A stretch of 22,052 bases of DNA from Snowella sp. (GTDB lineage Bacteria > Cyanobacteriota > Cyanobacteriia > Cyanobacteriales > Microcystaceae): assembly GCA_035285545.1 (NCBI GenBank), contig JAYKGY010000092.1, positions 1 through 22,052 on the forward strand, given 5' to 3'. The notes beneath the pieces were generated by a model. That model did no database searches and had not been told where the DNA came from. It saw nothing but the letters and a program-made list of their open reading frames with translations. Positions 8,962 to 19,294 of the stretch are shown here, piece by piece; position 1 is the first letter of the stretch, and the number at the start of each line of letters is the position of its first letter. A program made the position numbers and the translations under genes.

Positions 8962-9453
8962 ATGTCTAAAACCCCTTTAACCGAAGCTGTCGCAACTGCC
9001 GATTCTCAAGGCCGTTTCTTAAGCAGCACCGAACTCCAAATTGCTTTTGGTCGTTTACGCCAAGCTCCTTCCGGTTTACAAGCTGCTAAAGCGTTATCTG
9101 CTAATGCTTCTAGCCTCGTAAGCGGTGCAGCTCAAGCTGTTTATAACAAATTCCCTTATACCACCCAAACCGCGGGCAATAACTATGCTCAAGACCAACG
9201 CGGTAAAGATAAGTGCTCTCGCGACATTGGTTACTACCTCCGCATCATTACCTATGCATTGGTTGCTGGTGGTACTGGCCCCTTAGATGAGTACCTCATC
9301 GCTGGTTTAGACGAAGTTAACCGCACCTTTGAATTATCTCCTAGCTGGTACATTGAAGCTTTGCGTTATATCAAAGCTAATCATGGCTTATCTGGAGATG
9401 CTGCTTCTGAAGCTAACTCCTATATCGACTATGTCATCAATGCTCTGAGCTAG
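8962..9453 (+). CDS. cpcA: Phycocyanin alpha subunit
   Basis: [28 protein letters not shown] (alpha-84 Cys), [10 protein letters not shown]-terminal INALS. Confidence 0.99.
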   Translation: MSKTPLTEAVATADSQGRFLSSTELQIAFGRLRQAPSGLQAAKALSANASSLVSGAAQAVYNKFPYTTQTAGNNYAQDQRGKDKCSRDIGYYLRIITYALVAGGTGPLDEYLIAGLDEVNRTFELSPSWYIEALRYIKANHGLSGDAASEANSYIDYVINALS

Positions 9454-9465
9454 TAATCTAAGTAA

Positions 9466-9560
9466 GTGACTAGTGACCTGGGAAGGCTGGGGGCTGTTGG
9501 CAAATTGTTAACAATCTTCCGTTTTTCCAGGTCTTGCTATATTTATGAGCCATTAGTCAC
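9466..9560 (+). terminator. Long stem-loop after cpcA (attenuator or 3' end of cpcBA mRNA)
   Basis: GTGACTA...TAGTCAC encloses GACCTGG...CCAGGTC. Confidence 0.6.
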
Positions 9561-9707
9561 CCTTCGTGATCGCTATTCAGCTTACCGATTAACCCGTTAC
9601 TGATGGGTAACATTCGGTTTTGTCATAGTTAATCATTAGAGTTCAATGTTTATTTGGCTCTGATGAACTGCAATCTTTTCAAAAAATCATAAAAAGGAGA
9701 GTATTCA

Positions 9708-10583
9708 GTGGGAATTACAGTAGCAGCCTCCCGTTTGGGTGTTTCGGCATTTAACGATTCTGCCCCTGTTGAACTGCGACCCGATGCGTCTCGCGATGAT
9801 GCTACCGCGGTTATCAATGCGGTTTATCGTCAGGTATTGGGTAACGATTATGTGATGGAATCCGAGCGTCTTAAAGGTGCAGAATCTTTATTACGCAATG
9901 GTTCTATCAGTGTTCGTGAATTTGTTCGTACCGTTGCTAAATCTGAGCTTTATAAGCAGAAGTTTTTCTATGGTAACTTTCAAACTCGCGTCATTGAGTT
10001 GAACTACAAGCATCTATTAGGCCGTGCGCCTTATGAAGAAGCGGAAGTCGTCTTCCATCTTGACCTTTATGAAAATGAAGGGTTTGATGCGGATATCGAT
10101 TCCTATATTGACTCCGTTGAATACCAAGAAAACTTTGGGGACAATATTGTTCCCTACTATCGCATTAATAACCAAGTGGGTGACAGAACTGTCGGGTTTA
10201 CCCGCTTTTTCCGTCTCTATCGGGGTTATGCTAACAGCGATCGCGCCCAGTTAGAACGGAGCAAAACCCGTTTAGCTGGCGAATTAGGACAAAATACCGC
10301 TTCTGCGATTGTTGGCCCCAGTGGTGCTAACGCAGGTTGGGCCTATCGTCCTTCTGCCAATGGCACGACCCCCAGCAAAGCCTTGGGTGGTTCTACTCCC
10401 TTTGGGGCAGATGCAGGTAAATTGTTCCGCGTTGAAATTGCGGCCATGAAGAACCCTAGTTATCCCAAAGTTCGCCGTAGCAACAAAGCGGTGATTGTTC
10501 CTTTCGAGCAATTGAATAATACCTTACAGCAAGTTTACCGTTTAGGCGGAAAAGTCGCTAGTATTACCCCCGCTAGCCTGTAA
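9708..10583 (+). CDS. cpcC: Phycocyanin rod linker, CpcC1 type (about 33 kDa)
   Basis: GTG start after [30 protein letters not shown], and C-terminal CpcD-like domain [12 protein letters not shown]. Confidence 0.97.
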   Translation: MGITVAASRLGVSAFNDSAPVELRPDASRDDATAVINAVYRQVLGNDYVMESERLKGAESLLRNGSISVREFVRTVAKSELYKQKFFYGNFQTRVIELNYKHLLGRAPYEEAEVVFHLDLYENEGFDADIDSYIDSVEYQENFGDNIVPYYRINNQVGDRTVGFTRFFRLYRGYANSDRAQLERSKTRLAGELGQNTASAIVGPSGANAGWAYRPSANGTTPSKALGGSTPFGADAGKLFRVEIAAMKNPSYPKVRRSNKAVIVPFEQLNNTLQQVYRLGGKVASITPASL

Positions 10584-10594
10584 TCTTTAACAAA

Positions 10595-10656
10595 AAAAGG
10601 GGAAACAGATAAATACTTGAATTAAGCTTCAGTATTGTGTCTGTTCTCTCCCTTTT
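10595..10656 (+). terminator. Stem-loop after cpcC
   Basis: AAAAGGGGAAACAGATAAATAC...GTATTGTGTCTGTTCTCTCCCTTTT is an imperfect inverted repeat. Confidence 0.55.
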
Positions 10657-10845
10657 CTGGTTATATCTCTAACCCTTGAGATAGTGACTTCTCACGTCAT
10701 TTACTTTAGTTCCGGTTGGGGCATGGAGACAGTCAACTAAATTTTGGCCGATTCCGTTGACTCATCCTGTCTGCTTTAAGGGAGTTAAAGAATTTTGTGA
10801 AAGAAGCTTTGTCAATTTTAGTCAATTTAGGAACATTGAGAAACT

Positions 10846-11097
10846 ATGTTACAGTCTGCCCTGGTAGATGCTGCTAATGATGCCGCTTCAAGTCGTGTTT
10901 TTATTTACGAAGTCAGTGGTTTACGCCCGACCGACAATAATGGCTACCAAGTTCGTCGCAGTGGCAATGTTTTTATTAAAGTTCCCTATGACCGCATGAA
11001 TGAAGAAATGCGTCGTATCAGCCGTATGGGTGGAACTATTGTCAATATTCATTCTTCTATGCCCGTTGAGTCCCATTCGGGGTCTGCTGAAGAATAA
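10846..11097 (+). CDS. cpcD: Rod-capping linker
   Basis: SRVFIYEVSGL..VRRSG..FIKVPYDRMNEEMRRISRMGGTIVNI. Confidence 0.96.
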   Translation: MLQSALVDAANDAASSRVFIYEVSGLRPTDNNGYQVRRSGNVFIKVPYDRMNEEMRRISRMGGTIVNIHSSMPVESHSGSAEE

Positions 11098-11144
11098 TAA
11101 GCTGCTTGTCGATTAGCAATTAAACATCGTTTGAATCTCCAGAG

Positions 11145-11183
11145 GAGACGGATGTAATGGAATAGTCATCTGTCTCTTTTTTT
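11145..11183 (+). terminator. Intrinsic terminator after cpcD
   Basis: GAGACGGATG...CATCTGTCTC followed by a T-tract. Confidence 0.75.
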
Positions 11184-11217
11184 GAGTAAATAAGTAAATA
11201 TAAAAGTATTTGGGATA

Positions 11218-11297
11218 GCCCCCTCAATCCCTCAATGCTGAGGGACTTTCAACACTGTAATCCCTGAGTTCCCCCCAAAGTTTGGGGCTAGGGGGGC
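11218..11297. repeat. Cyanobacterial short dispersed palindromic repeat (paired hairpins)
   Basis: GCCCCCTCAATCCCTCAATGCTGAGGGACT...AGTTCCCCCCAAAGTTTGGGGCTAGGGGGGC consists of two inverted GC-rich half-units, each self-complementary. Confidence 0.65.
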
Positions 11298-11318
11298 AAT
11301 AAAATATACAAATAGGCA

Positions 11319-12191
11319 ATGCCGTCTAAAACTTTTTCAACTGCTCCTATGGCCTATTCTTCTCAAGATGACAATTTAGCCCCGTCTTCTGTTGATGCCC
11401 CCAACTATACGGTCGAAAAGGCGATCGCGAATTTGCAACAAAAAGACGATCCCAGTGCCAGATATTATTCCGCTTGGTGGATTGGTCGATTTCGGGTCAC
11501 AGAACCTGTTGCGGTTGAAGCCTTATTAGAAGCCTTAAAAGATGAGACCGATCGATCGCCGGATGGGGGGTATCCCCTGCGACGCAATGCGGCTAAAGCG
11601 TTAGGAAAATTAGGCGAATCAAGGGTGGTTCCTGCCTTAATTAAAGCCCTAGACTGTTCGGATTACTATGTGCGAGAATCTGCTGCCCAAGCCTTGGAAG
11701 AATTAGGCGATCGCTGTGCCATTCCTGCTTTATTAAAGTTATTAGACGGGGGAATAGAAGCCGCTCAACAAGCAGAAGGTAAACCCCATCTTGTTCAACC
11801 CTATGAAGCCATTATTGAAGCTCTGGGAGTTCTAAACGCCACCGAAGCAATTGAGGAAATTAAACCCTTTTTAACTCATTTTTTGCCGAAAGTTCAGTAT
11901 GCCGCCGCTCGCGCTTTATATCAATTAACGGCTGATACGAGTTACGGCGATCGCTTAATTGCAGCCTTAAAAGGCCCTGATTTACAACTCCGGCGATCGG
12001 CCATGATGGATTTAGGGGCAACGGGTTATCTAGAAGGGGCAATGGCCATTTCCCAGACGTTGGCTGAAAATAGTCTAAAATTAATTGCCTTAAAAGACTT
12101 ATTAGAATCCCATTTAAAACAACATCCCCAAAAATCTCTCTTATCTGAACCCAGTATTAAGATTATGGAACTAATGGATGGGTTGCTCTAA
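11319..12191 (+). CDS. cpcE: Phycocyanin alpha-84 phycocyanobilin lyase subunit E (HEAT repeats); alternative start at 11349
   Basis: RYYSAWWIG, DRSPDGGYPLRRNAAKALG, DYYVRESAAQAL, LQLRRSAMMDLG, AENSLKLIAL. Confidence 0.96.
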   Translation: MPSKTFSTAPMAYSSQDDNLAPSSVDAPNYTVEKAIANLQQKDDPSARYYSAWWIGRFRVTEPVAVEALLEALKDETDRSPDGGYPLRRNAAKALGKLGESRVVPALIKALDCSDYYVRESAAQALEELGDRCAIPALLKLLDGGIEAAQQAEGKPHLVQPYEAIIEALGVLNATEAIEEIKPFLTHFLPKVQYAAARALYQLTADTSYGDRLIAALKGPDLQLRRSAMMDLGATGYLEGAMAISQTLAENSLKLIALKDLLESHLKQHPQKSLLSEPSIKIMELMDGLL

Positions 12192-12234
12192 TTCAAAAGG
12201 TATGATGAAGATAGAACTTCTAAGTTAAACGAGA

Positions 12235-14052
12235 ATGGTTCCTATGGGACAGTTTCTAGAGAAACCAAGTCAAATAGAGCGTTCACAGGGAATTGAGCTA
12301 GAGTTAATTGCGAAAAATCAGCAACTCGAACAGGAAATTCAACAACGCAAAGCACTAGAAAAACGGTTACATATTCTTTCGATGGTATCGGAGCAAAGCC
12401 CTGTTTCCATTGTCATTACCGATGTCGATGGCAATATCGAATATGTCAATCCCAAGTTTACTGAAATTTCTGGCTATAGCTTAGAAGAAGTGATTGGACA
12501 AAATCCACGAGTGTTAAAGTCTGGCCATACCTCTCCCGAAGACTATCAAAAACTCTGGCAACAGATTAGCAATGGGCAAGAATGGCGAGGAGAATTTCAT
12601 AACCGCCGCAAAAATGGAGAACTGTATTGGGAAGCCGCTTCAATTTCCCCCATTAAAGACGAGAATGGAGTTATTACTCACTTCGTTGCCGTTAAGGAAG
12701 ATATCACCCTACGCAAACTTCAGGAAGAAAGATTAGCCCATCAAGCCCATTACGATGCCCTGACAGATTTACCGAATCGTGTTTTAGGAATGGATCGGCT
12801 CAATCAAGCCCTGATTCAAGCAGAGCGGCAAGGCCATCTTGTGGCAGTCATGTTTGTTGATCTGGATCATTTTAAAGATATTAACGATATTTTTGGCCAT
12901 GAAATTGGCGACTATTTGCTCGTCGAAGCCGCTAAACGACTCAGTAGCTGTGTTCGTAAAAGTGATACCGTCGCGAGATTAGGCGGGGATGAATTTCTCG
13001 TCATCTTACCCTTAGTGTCGGCGTTTTCCAGTGTTGAATTAATCGCCCATCGCATTTTAGACAGTATTCAATTGCCGTTCTATTTATTGGGGAAGGAGTT
13101 ATTTGTTTCCACCAGTATCGGGATTGCCTTGTACCCCCGTGATGGGCAACTCAGCAGCGTCTTAATGCGGAATGCCGATAGTGCGATGTACCAATCCAAA
13201 CGACAGGGACGCAATATGTTTTCCTGTTATCTTCCCAATCTTTATGAAATAGCGGAACATCGCCTTAAAATTGACTATCATCTGCGCTATGCTCAAATAA
13301 AAAACGAATTAAAGCTGTTTTATCAGCCTTTATTGGATTTGGTGTCAGGGAAAGTTGTGGGAGCAGAAGCCTTAATCCGTTGGTATAATCCTTTTCTTGG
13401 TTGGATTAGCCCCGAAGAATTTATTCCGATCGCTGAAGAAGTTGGCCTCATTTTTGAATTGGGGGAATGGACGCTATCGCAAGCTTGCCAAATGCTTAAA
13501 AAATGGCAAACTCAATATCATCAATTGTTTTGGATTGCGGTTAATGTCTCTCCTCGTCAGTTACATCGCCCCAATTTTGCCACAATGGTTTGCCAAATCC
13601 TAGAATACTTGCAAGTATCTAGCCATTGTTTAGAGATAGAAATCACGGAGGGCTGTTTGATGGAAGATACGGCCTATATCCAGCAATTATTACAGCAGTT
13701 AAATGAGGCTCAAATTCATTTAAGTATTGACGATTTTGGCACAGGCTTTGCGTCTTTGAACTATCTTCACCGTTTTCCCTTTAAAACCCTAAAAATTGAC
13801 CGTTCTTTTATTGCTGAGATTCCCCATAAAGCGGATTCTGTTGCCCTAGTCAAAACTATTATTGCGATCGCCAAAGGTTTAGACATGAAAATTGTGGCAG
13901 AAGGCGTAGAAACCGAGGAACAACTCAAGTTTTTACAACAAGAACAGTGTGATTACGCTCAAGGTTATTTGTTTTGTAAACCCGTCTCGGCAGAAGATTT
14001 TGAAACCTATTTGACAACTTCCTCTGACACGCCGTTTTATCAAATGCCATGA
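12235..14052 (+). CDS. PAS-GGDEF-EAL diguanylate cyclase/phosphodiesterase
   Basis: N-terminal coiled coil, PAS/PAC ending in EDIT, D.LT.LPNR, DLDHFK.IND..GH..GD, RKSD I-site, RLGGDEF, EAL, DDFGTG, KIDRSF, EGVET, QGY. Confidence 0.96.
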   Translation: MVPMGQFLEKPSQIERSQGIELELIAKNQQLEQEIQQRKALEKRLHILSMVSEQSPVSIVITDVDGNIEYVNPKFTEISGYSLEEVIGQNPRVLKSGHTSPEDYQKLWQQISNGQEWRGEFHNRRKNGELYWEAASISPIKDENGVITHFVAVKEDITLRKLQEERLAHQAHYDALTDLPNRVLGMDRLNQALIQAERQGHLVAVMFVDLDHFKDINDIFGHEIGDYLLVEAAKRLSSCVRKSDTVARLGGDEFLVILPLVSAFSSVELIAHRILDSIQLPFYLLGKELFVSTSIGIALYPRDGQLSSVLMRNADSAMYQSKRQGRNMFSCYLPNLYEIAEHRLKIDYHLRYAQIKNELKLFYQPLLDLVSGKVVGAEALIRWYNPFLGWISPEEFIPIAEEVGLIFELGEWTLSQACQMLKKWQTQYHQLFWIAVNVSPRQLHRPNFATMVCQILEYLQVSSHCLEIEITEGCLMEDTAYIQQLLQQLNEAQIHLSIDDFGTGFASLNYLHRFPFKTLKIDRSFIAEIPHKADSVALVKTIIAIAKGLDMKIVAEGVETEEQLKFLQQEQCDYAQGYLFCKPVSAEDFETYLTTSSDTPFYQMP

Positions 14053-14058
14053 TCAACC

Positions 14059-14088
14059 AAAAAAGAGACAAGGAAAAATCCCTGCCTC
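14059..14088 (-). terminator. Intrinsic terminator of htpG, between convergent genes
   Basis: Minus strand GAGGCAGGGA-TTTT-TCCTTGTCTC-TTTTTT. Confidence 0.7.
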
Positions 14089-14112
14089 AATTTCATTTTT
14101 AAGCAAAAACGA

Positions 14113-16095
14113 TTAACGGTTCGTCAAACGTGTTAAGACCAAATTAGACCGCTCGATAAAGCCCTTCATTCCATCAGCATCCAAACCTTTTTGGGCCATC
14201 AGTGCCAAATCATAAACATATTGACAGAGGTTTTTCGCCAGTTCCGCCGAGGGAGAATCACCCGTTGTAGTCGCAATGCTGCCTTGATTTAACTCCACGA
14301 TATTTTGAATTAAGGGATGGCTGGTGTTGATCATCAAAATATGTTGCTCAGGGAAATTCATACTCTGCTGAGTCATCATCGCCGTCATTTCCTGCATCCG
14401 ACGCATGGCTTCAGGCAATAAAATCATGGCAGGGGGCGTACCTTGGGGATTATCCGCTTTGAGGGATTCCGTCTTAATGTTGACGTTGGGCTTATTGAGG
14501 GCTTTCTCAAAAAGTTCCTTGATCTGCTCGTTGCGGGTTTTATTGGTAGTTGGATCGATGATTTCGCTGGCTTTGTCGTCTTGCAGTAGGGTTTGATCCA
14601 GTTCCGAGTCCACACGGGAGAACTTCACATCCTTATATTCCTGTTCGAGGAAGGGAATAAAGTAGTTGGTATCAATAAAGGAATCCATAAACAGGACTTC
14701 GATACCTTGATTTTTGTAAAGTTCGACGTAGGTGGCTTGGGTTGCTTGGTCGGTGCAATAGAAGACGCGGTTTTCGTGTTTTGCTTTGTTGCGTTCTAAG
14801 TAAGCTTTGAGGGTGGTGTAACCTGCTTTTTCGTAAGGGTTGCCTTCTGTTTTATCGGTGCTGACATCCTGCCAAGCGTCGCCTTCATCGGTTTGGACTT
14901 CGACAACAGGAGCCGCAGATTCCGTTTCAGAGGGTTTGTAGGTTGTCCGATAGAGTAGGAGATCTTCAACCTGTTGTTTAAATTTGTCGTCCTTGAGCGA
15001 GCCATATTTAACAAAGGTTCCGATATCTTCCCAACATTTCAGGTATTCATCGGCGTTTTCGTTGTAGAGGGATTTTAAGCGATCGCCGACTTTACGGGAA
15101 ATATAATCCGCAATGCGTCGGACGGTGCGATGGTTAGTTAAGGCACTCCGCGAAACGTTGAGGGGAATATCGGTACTGTCAATTACGCCTCGTAACGGCA
15201 TCAAGAAATCGGGAATCACTTCTTCACAGTGATCGCTGACAAACACTTGATTGCAGAAAAGCTTAATTTGTCCCTTGGAAAAATCCACATCGGGGCGCAA
15301 TTTTGGGAAATAAAGAATACCGTTGAGTAAAAAAGGGTAATCTGTATTTAAATGCACCCAGAGTAAGGGTTCTTCCTGGAATGGATAGAGATAACGATAA
15401 AACTCTAAATAATCTTCTTTGGTGAGGTTTTGAGGCGACTCTTTCCACAATGCCCGTTGCTTGTTGATGGTTTCCCCTTCAAAGCGGATAGGAACGGACA
15501 TAAAATCGGAATAGGTTTTCACCAACTGGCGAATGCGGGGAGATTCGAGGTATTCCTCCTCGTCTTCCATGATGGTGAGGGTGATCGTTGTCCCTACTTG
15601 AGTGCGGCTGGATTCGGTTAATTCAAATTCAGGTGAACCATCACAAGACCAATGGACGGCTTGGGCACCTGACTGATAGGAAAGGGTCTCAATTTCGACT
15701 TTTTTCGACACCATAAAAGCCGAGTAGAAACCTAAGCCAAAATGACCAATTAGATCGTTGGCTGTTTTTTGAAATCTTTCAATAAATTCTTCTGCGCTGG
15801 AAAAAGCAACTTGGTTAATATATTTTTTGACTTCATCGGCTGTCATTCCAATGCCATTGTCGGTAATGGACAGCGTTTTATTGATTTTATCGACGGCGAT
15901 GGTAATTTCAGGTTCAGGTAAATCCCCTTGAGTTTGTTCGGCAAATGCCGCCATTTTTCGTTTCGCGATCGCATCAACCGCATTAGAGATCAGTTCCCGT
16001 AAAAAAATCTCATGATCCGTGTAGAGAGATTTTTTAATAATTGGAAAAATATTCTCGGTGTGGATCGTAATATTACCTTTTTCGAGGACTGCCAT
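14113..16095 (-). CDS. htpG: Molecular chaperone HtpG (Hsp90)
   Basis: LYTDHEIFLRELISNAVDA, DNGIGMT, IGHFGLGFYSAFMV, PLNVSRS. Confidence 0.99.
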   Translation of the reverse strand: MAVLEKGNITIHTENIFPIIKKSLYTDHEIFLRELISNAVDAIAKRKMAAFAEQTQGDLPEPEITIAVDKINKTLSITDNGIGMTADEVKKYINQVAFSSAEEFIERFQKTANDLIGHFGLGFYSAFMVSKKVEIETLSYQSGAQAVHWSCDGSPEFELTESSRTQVGTTITLTIMEDEEEYLESPRIRQLVKTYSDFMSVPIRFEGETINKQRALWKESPQNLTKEDYLEFYRYLYPFQEEPLLWVHLNTDYPFLLNGILYFPKLRPDVDFSKGQIKLFCNQVFVSDHCEEVIPDFLMPLRGVIDSTDIPLNVSRSALTNHRTVRRIADYISRKVGDRLKSLYNENADEYLKCWEDIGTFVKYGSLKDDKFKQQVEDLLLYRTTYKPSETESAAPVVEVQTDEGDAWQDVSTDKTEGNPYEKAGYTTLKAYLERNKAKHENRVFYCTDQATQATYVELYKNQGIEVLFMDSFIDTNYFIPFLEQEYKDVKFSRVDSELDQTLLQDDKASEIIDPTTNKTRNEQIKELFEKALNKPNVNIKTESLKADNPQGTPPAMILLPEAMRRMQEMTAMMTQQSMNFPEQHILMINTSHPLIQNIVELNQGSIATTTGDSPSAELAKNLCQYVYDLALMAQKGLDADGMKGFIERSNLVLTRLTNR

Positions 16096-16316
16096 AGGAC
16101 AATTTCGTCTATATTGAGTAAAGTTAGGTCGCGAGTTAACGCTCTAGGTGCCATTATAGAGGCTGTTGCTATCCCCTTAGGGTCTGAGATTTTCCCTACC
16201 CAGACGATACGGTTATCCACACCTGCAACGGTCTTGGGGGTGTCAGTTTATTCTTAAAGCGAGTCAACAGATGGTTTTTGCAGAGACTCAACCCTTTAAA
16301 GCCATCAAAATAACAG

Positions 16317-16829
16317 CTATTCACAAAATAGGGTATCGCGAGTATTTCGACCCGTTACAGGATTTGTCCCACTGGCCATTTCACACAAATAAGCTTCCGT
16401 ATCCGGACGCATAATGACATCGGTAAAATCGGCTCCTTCAATGATAGCCCCTCCAAATTTCGTATTCGTTGCAAAGGCTCCCTCTAAGACGGCATTGGTA
16501 AAATTGGCATGGGTTAGACGAGCAGATTCTAAATCCGCCGCCCGCAGATCCGCCCCTTCAAAATTAGCGGATTCTAAGTTAGCGGAGAAGAACCGTACCC
16601 CTTGTAAATTGGCTTGACTAAAATTACTGCCTCGCAAGTTGGCGTGATCAAAGCTATCGCCGCGCATATCTTGCCCTGAAAAATCGCTATTCATCACACT
16701 GCGATTGTTATAACTCACTGCCCAAACAGGGTTTATAAAAGTATTAAATAGACAGATAATTCCAATTAAAATTCCAACACTCCAACAAAAGATTGCGTTT
16801 AAACGCTTAAAATTAATTTGATTTTGCAT
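16317..16829 (-). CDS. Secreted or thylakoid-lumen pentapeptide-repeat protein
   Basis: Signal peptide ending in PVWA, A(N/D)L.. pentapeptide repeats, and C-terminal C...[16 protein letters not shown]. Confidence 0.92.
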   Translation of the reverse strand: MQNQINFKRLNAIFCWSVGILIGIICLFNTFINPVWAVSYNNRSVMNSDFSGQDMRGDSFDHANLRGSNFSQANLQGVRFFSANLESANFEGADLRAADLESARLTHANFTNAVLEGAFATNTKFGGAIIEGADFTDVIMRPDTEAYLCEMASGTNPVTGRNTRDTLFCE

Positions 16830-16948
16830 CTTTTTCCCCTCGATTTTTAACCAATAATGTATTGAAATAGCGGTAATCTTAAAGTAGCGATCGCCGTTTT
16901 AGTCGGTTTACCTTAGAATTCTAGCAAAAGTGGTACAGACTTTAGGTT

Positions 16949-17386
16949 ATGACAGAGATTGGTCATCTGGGAGAACAATTGGTTGCTCAATGGTTAAAAC
17001 AACAAGGTTGGGTCATTCTTCAGCAACAATGGCGATCGCGGTGGGGAGAAATTGATTTAATTGCCCATTCTCGTCAAACTCAGATATTAGCTTTTGTAGA
17101 AGTCAAAACCCGAAGTCAGGGAAATTGGGATGAAGGTGGCCAATTAGCCGTCAATGCCACCAAACAGCGCAAAATTCTCTTAACCGCCAATGCTTTTTTA
17201 GCCCGATATCCCAGCCTAGCAGATTTCCCCTGCCGATTTGATGTCGCGTTAGTGCATTGCCAAAAGATACGGCAGGAAACTGCACATGAGCCTAGATTAA
17301 CATCGATCACAATGGGCCAAACTCTTATCCAGCAAGGCTATCAACTTACCCTACAAAACTATTTGGAATCTGCCTTTGAAGCATAA
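16949..17386 (+). CDS. YraN/UPF0102 family putative endonuclease
   Basis: G..GE....WL...G, GEIDLIA, FVEVKTR, CRFDV. Confidence 0.93.
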   Translation: MTEIGHLGEQLVAQWLKQQGWVILQQQWRSRWGEIDLIAHSRQTQILAFVEVKTRSQGNWDEGGQLAVNATKQRKILLTANAFLARYPSLADFPCRFDVALVHCQKIRQETAHEPRLTSITMGQTLIQQGYQLTLQNYLESAFEA

Positions 17387-17473
17387 ATCCCCTATTGGAT
17401 ACTATTGATACGGGCCAAAGTTTGCGATACTTCTATAATGGCAGATGGTTTTTTAACCTTAATGAGTCTTTTT

Positions 17474-19063
17474 ATGAATAATCAACAATTGTGGCAACGT
17501 TACCAAGACTGGCTCTACTATCACCCCAGCTTAGAGCTATATCTGGACATTAGCCGAATGCGCTTTGATGATGCCTTTGTAGAAAGCCTTACACCGAAAT
17601 TGAATAAAGCCTTTCAAGATATTATTGCGCTCGAAAAAGGCGCGATCGCCAACCCCGATGAACAACGGATGGTGGGGCACTACTGGTTACGGAATCCTGA
17701 CCTCGCCCCGAATGAAGCCCTAAAAAAAGAAATCACCGAACCTTTAGCCCAAATTCTGGATTTTGCCGAAAAAGTTCATACAGGTACGGTTAAACCTCCT
17801 CAAGCCGATAAATTTACCGACATTATTTCCATTGGGATTGGGGGATCGGCTTTAGGCCCACAATTTGTCGCAGAAGCCCTTGCGCCCGATTTTCCACCTT
17901 TAAATATTCATTTTATTGATAACACCGATCCTGCGGGGATTGACCGTATCCTGAATCGCCTCAAAGATAAGCTCAAAAGTACATTGGTGATCGTCACCAG
18001 TAAATCAGGCGGTACTCCTGAGCCTCGTAACGGGATGTTGGAAACGAAAATTGCTTTTACGGCTCAAGGTTTAGACTTCTCCAAACACGCGATCGCGGTC
18101 ACCATGCCAGGTAGCAAATTATACGAGCAGGCTACCGCTGAGAACTGGATCACGACATTCCCAATGCAAGATTGGGTCGGAGGGCGCACCTCGGAGATGT
18201 CCGCTGTAGGTTTATTACCCGCTGCACTGCAAGGCATCGATATCCAAGCTATGTTAGCAGGGGCTAAGGAAATGGACGATGCGACCCGTATTCCTTCCCT
18301 CAAAAGTAATCCTGCGGCGTTATTAGCCTTAGCTTGGTACTACGGTAGCAACGGTAAAGGAGAAAAAGATATGGTTGTCCTCCCCTACAAAGATAGCCTC
18401 CTCCTTTTTAGCCGTTATCTACAACAGTTAATCATGGAATCCCTTGGCAAAGAAACTGACTTAAACGGACGAGTTGCTCATCAAGGTATTGCGGTTTACG
18501 GAAATAAAGGCTCTACTGATCAGCACGCCTACGTTCAACAACTCCGAGAAGGCGTTCCCAATTTCTTTGCGACCTTTATAGAAGTCCTCGAAGACCGCGT
18601 AGGACAATCGACTGAAATTGAACCAGGTGTGACAACCGGCGACTATCTCTCAGGCTTTTTGCAGGGAACTCGCCAAGCTTTATACGAAAACGGACGAGAT
18701 TCGATTACGATTACCATTAATCAAGTGAATCCCCATACCGTCGGAGCGTTAATTGCCCTTTATGAACGTACTGTTAGCATTTACGCCTCCTTAGTTAACA
18801 TCAACGCCTACCATCAACCTGGTGTCGAAGCGGGCAAAAAAGCCGCCGCCTCACTCTTGGAATTACAGCGATCGCTCCTTAACGTTTTAGAATCGGCTCA
18901 ACAACCGCTTGATTTAGCAACCCTAGCAGAACAAGCCGGAGCCAGCGATCGAATCGAAGCCGTCTACAAAATTGTCCGTCATCTTTCAGCAAATAATCGA
19001 AGTGTTACTTTAACCGGCAATCCTACTTCACTAAGTAATCTAAAGATTTTTACCACTTATTGA
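17474..19063 (+). CDS. pgi: Glucose-6-phosphate isomerase; likely start [10 protein letters not shown] at 17474
   Basis: [48 protein letters not shown]. Confidence 0.98.
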   Translation: MNNQQLWQRYQDWLYYHPSLELYLDISRMRFDDAFVESLTPKLNKAFQDIIALEKGAIANPDEQRMVGHYWLRNPDLAPNEALKKEITEPLAQILDFAEKVHTGTVKPPQADKFTDIISIGIGGSALGPQFVAEALAPDFPPLNIHFIDNTDPAGIDRILNRLKDKLKSTLVIVTSKSGGTPEPRNGMLETKIAFTAQGLDFSKHAIAVTMPGSKLYEQATAENWITTFPMQDWVGGRTSEMSAVGLLPAALQGIDIQAMLAGAKEMDDATRIPSLKSNPAALLALAWYYGSNGKGEKDMVVLPYKDSLLLFSRYLQQLIMESLGKETDLNGRVAHQGIAVYGNKGSTDQHAYVQQLREGVPNFFATFIEVLEDRVGQSTEIEPGVTTGDYLSGFLQGTRQALYENGRDSITITINQVNPHTVGALIALYERTVSIYASLVNINAYHQPGVEAGKKAAASLLELQRSLLNVLESAQQPLDLATLAEQAGASDRIEAVYKIVRHLSANNRSVTLTGNPTSLSNLKIFTTY

Positions 19064-19135
19064 TAAGTACTTGTTAATAGATAGTAGATAGCAATTACGG
19101 TTTTATTTGTATTCTAGTGTTTCAACTGATATAAA

Positions 19136-19172
19136 TCCATGTCAATTAAGTACATTATATTTTTGACATGGA
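19136..19172. terminator. 10-bp inverted repeat between convergent pgi and methyltransferase genes
   Basis: TCCATGTCAA-N17-TTGACATGGA. Confidence 0.4.
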
Positions 19173-19294
19173 ATCAAGAGAATGTCCCCCAAGCTATTGC
19201 GCATTGTTGTGTTTATCTTAACGATTCACTCGCTCTATGATCCTTGGCTGCAAAGATGACATGCTCCCAGAAAAAACTCTCTGAGTCCTAACTC

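Noticed and set aside
8360..9453. Sulfur-sparing cpc3-type phycocyanin operon
   Set aside because: CpcA is sulfur-poor, but CpcB keeps five Met and three Cys, and CpcD is Met-rich.
12400..12710. LOV blue-light photoreceptor domain
   Set aside because: It lacks the photoactive Cys (NPRVLK instead of NCRFLQ).
17405..17473. N-terminal extension of Pgi
   Set aside because: The track uses a TTG start. The recognisable Pgi sequence begins at [10 protein letters not shown] (17474).
3317..18303. Many short antisense or alternative-frame ORFs inside mutS, cobQ, cpcC, cpcE, htpG, yraN and pgi
   Set aside because: They are fully or largely nested in well-supported genes and have no independent signals.
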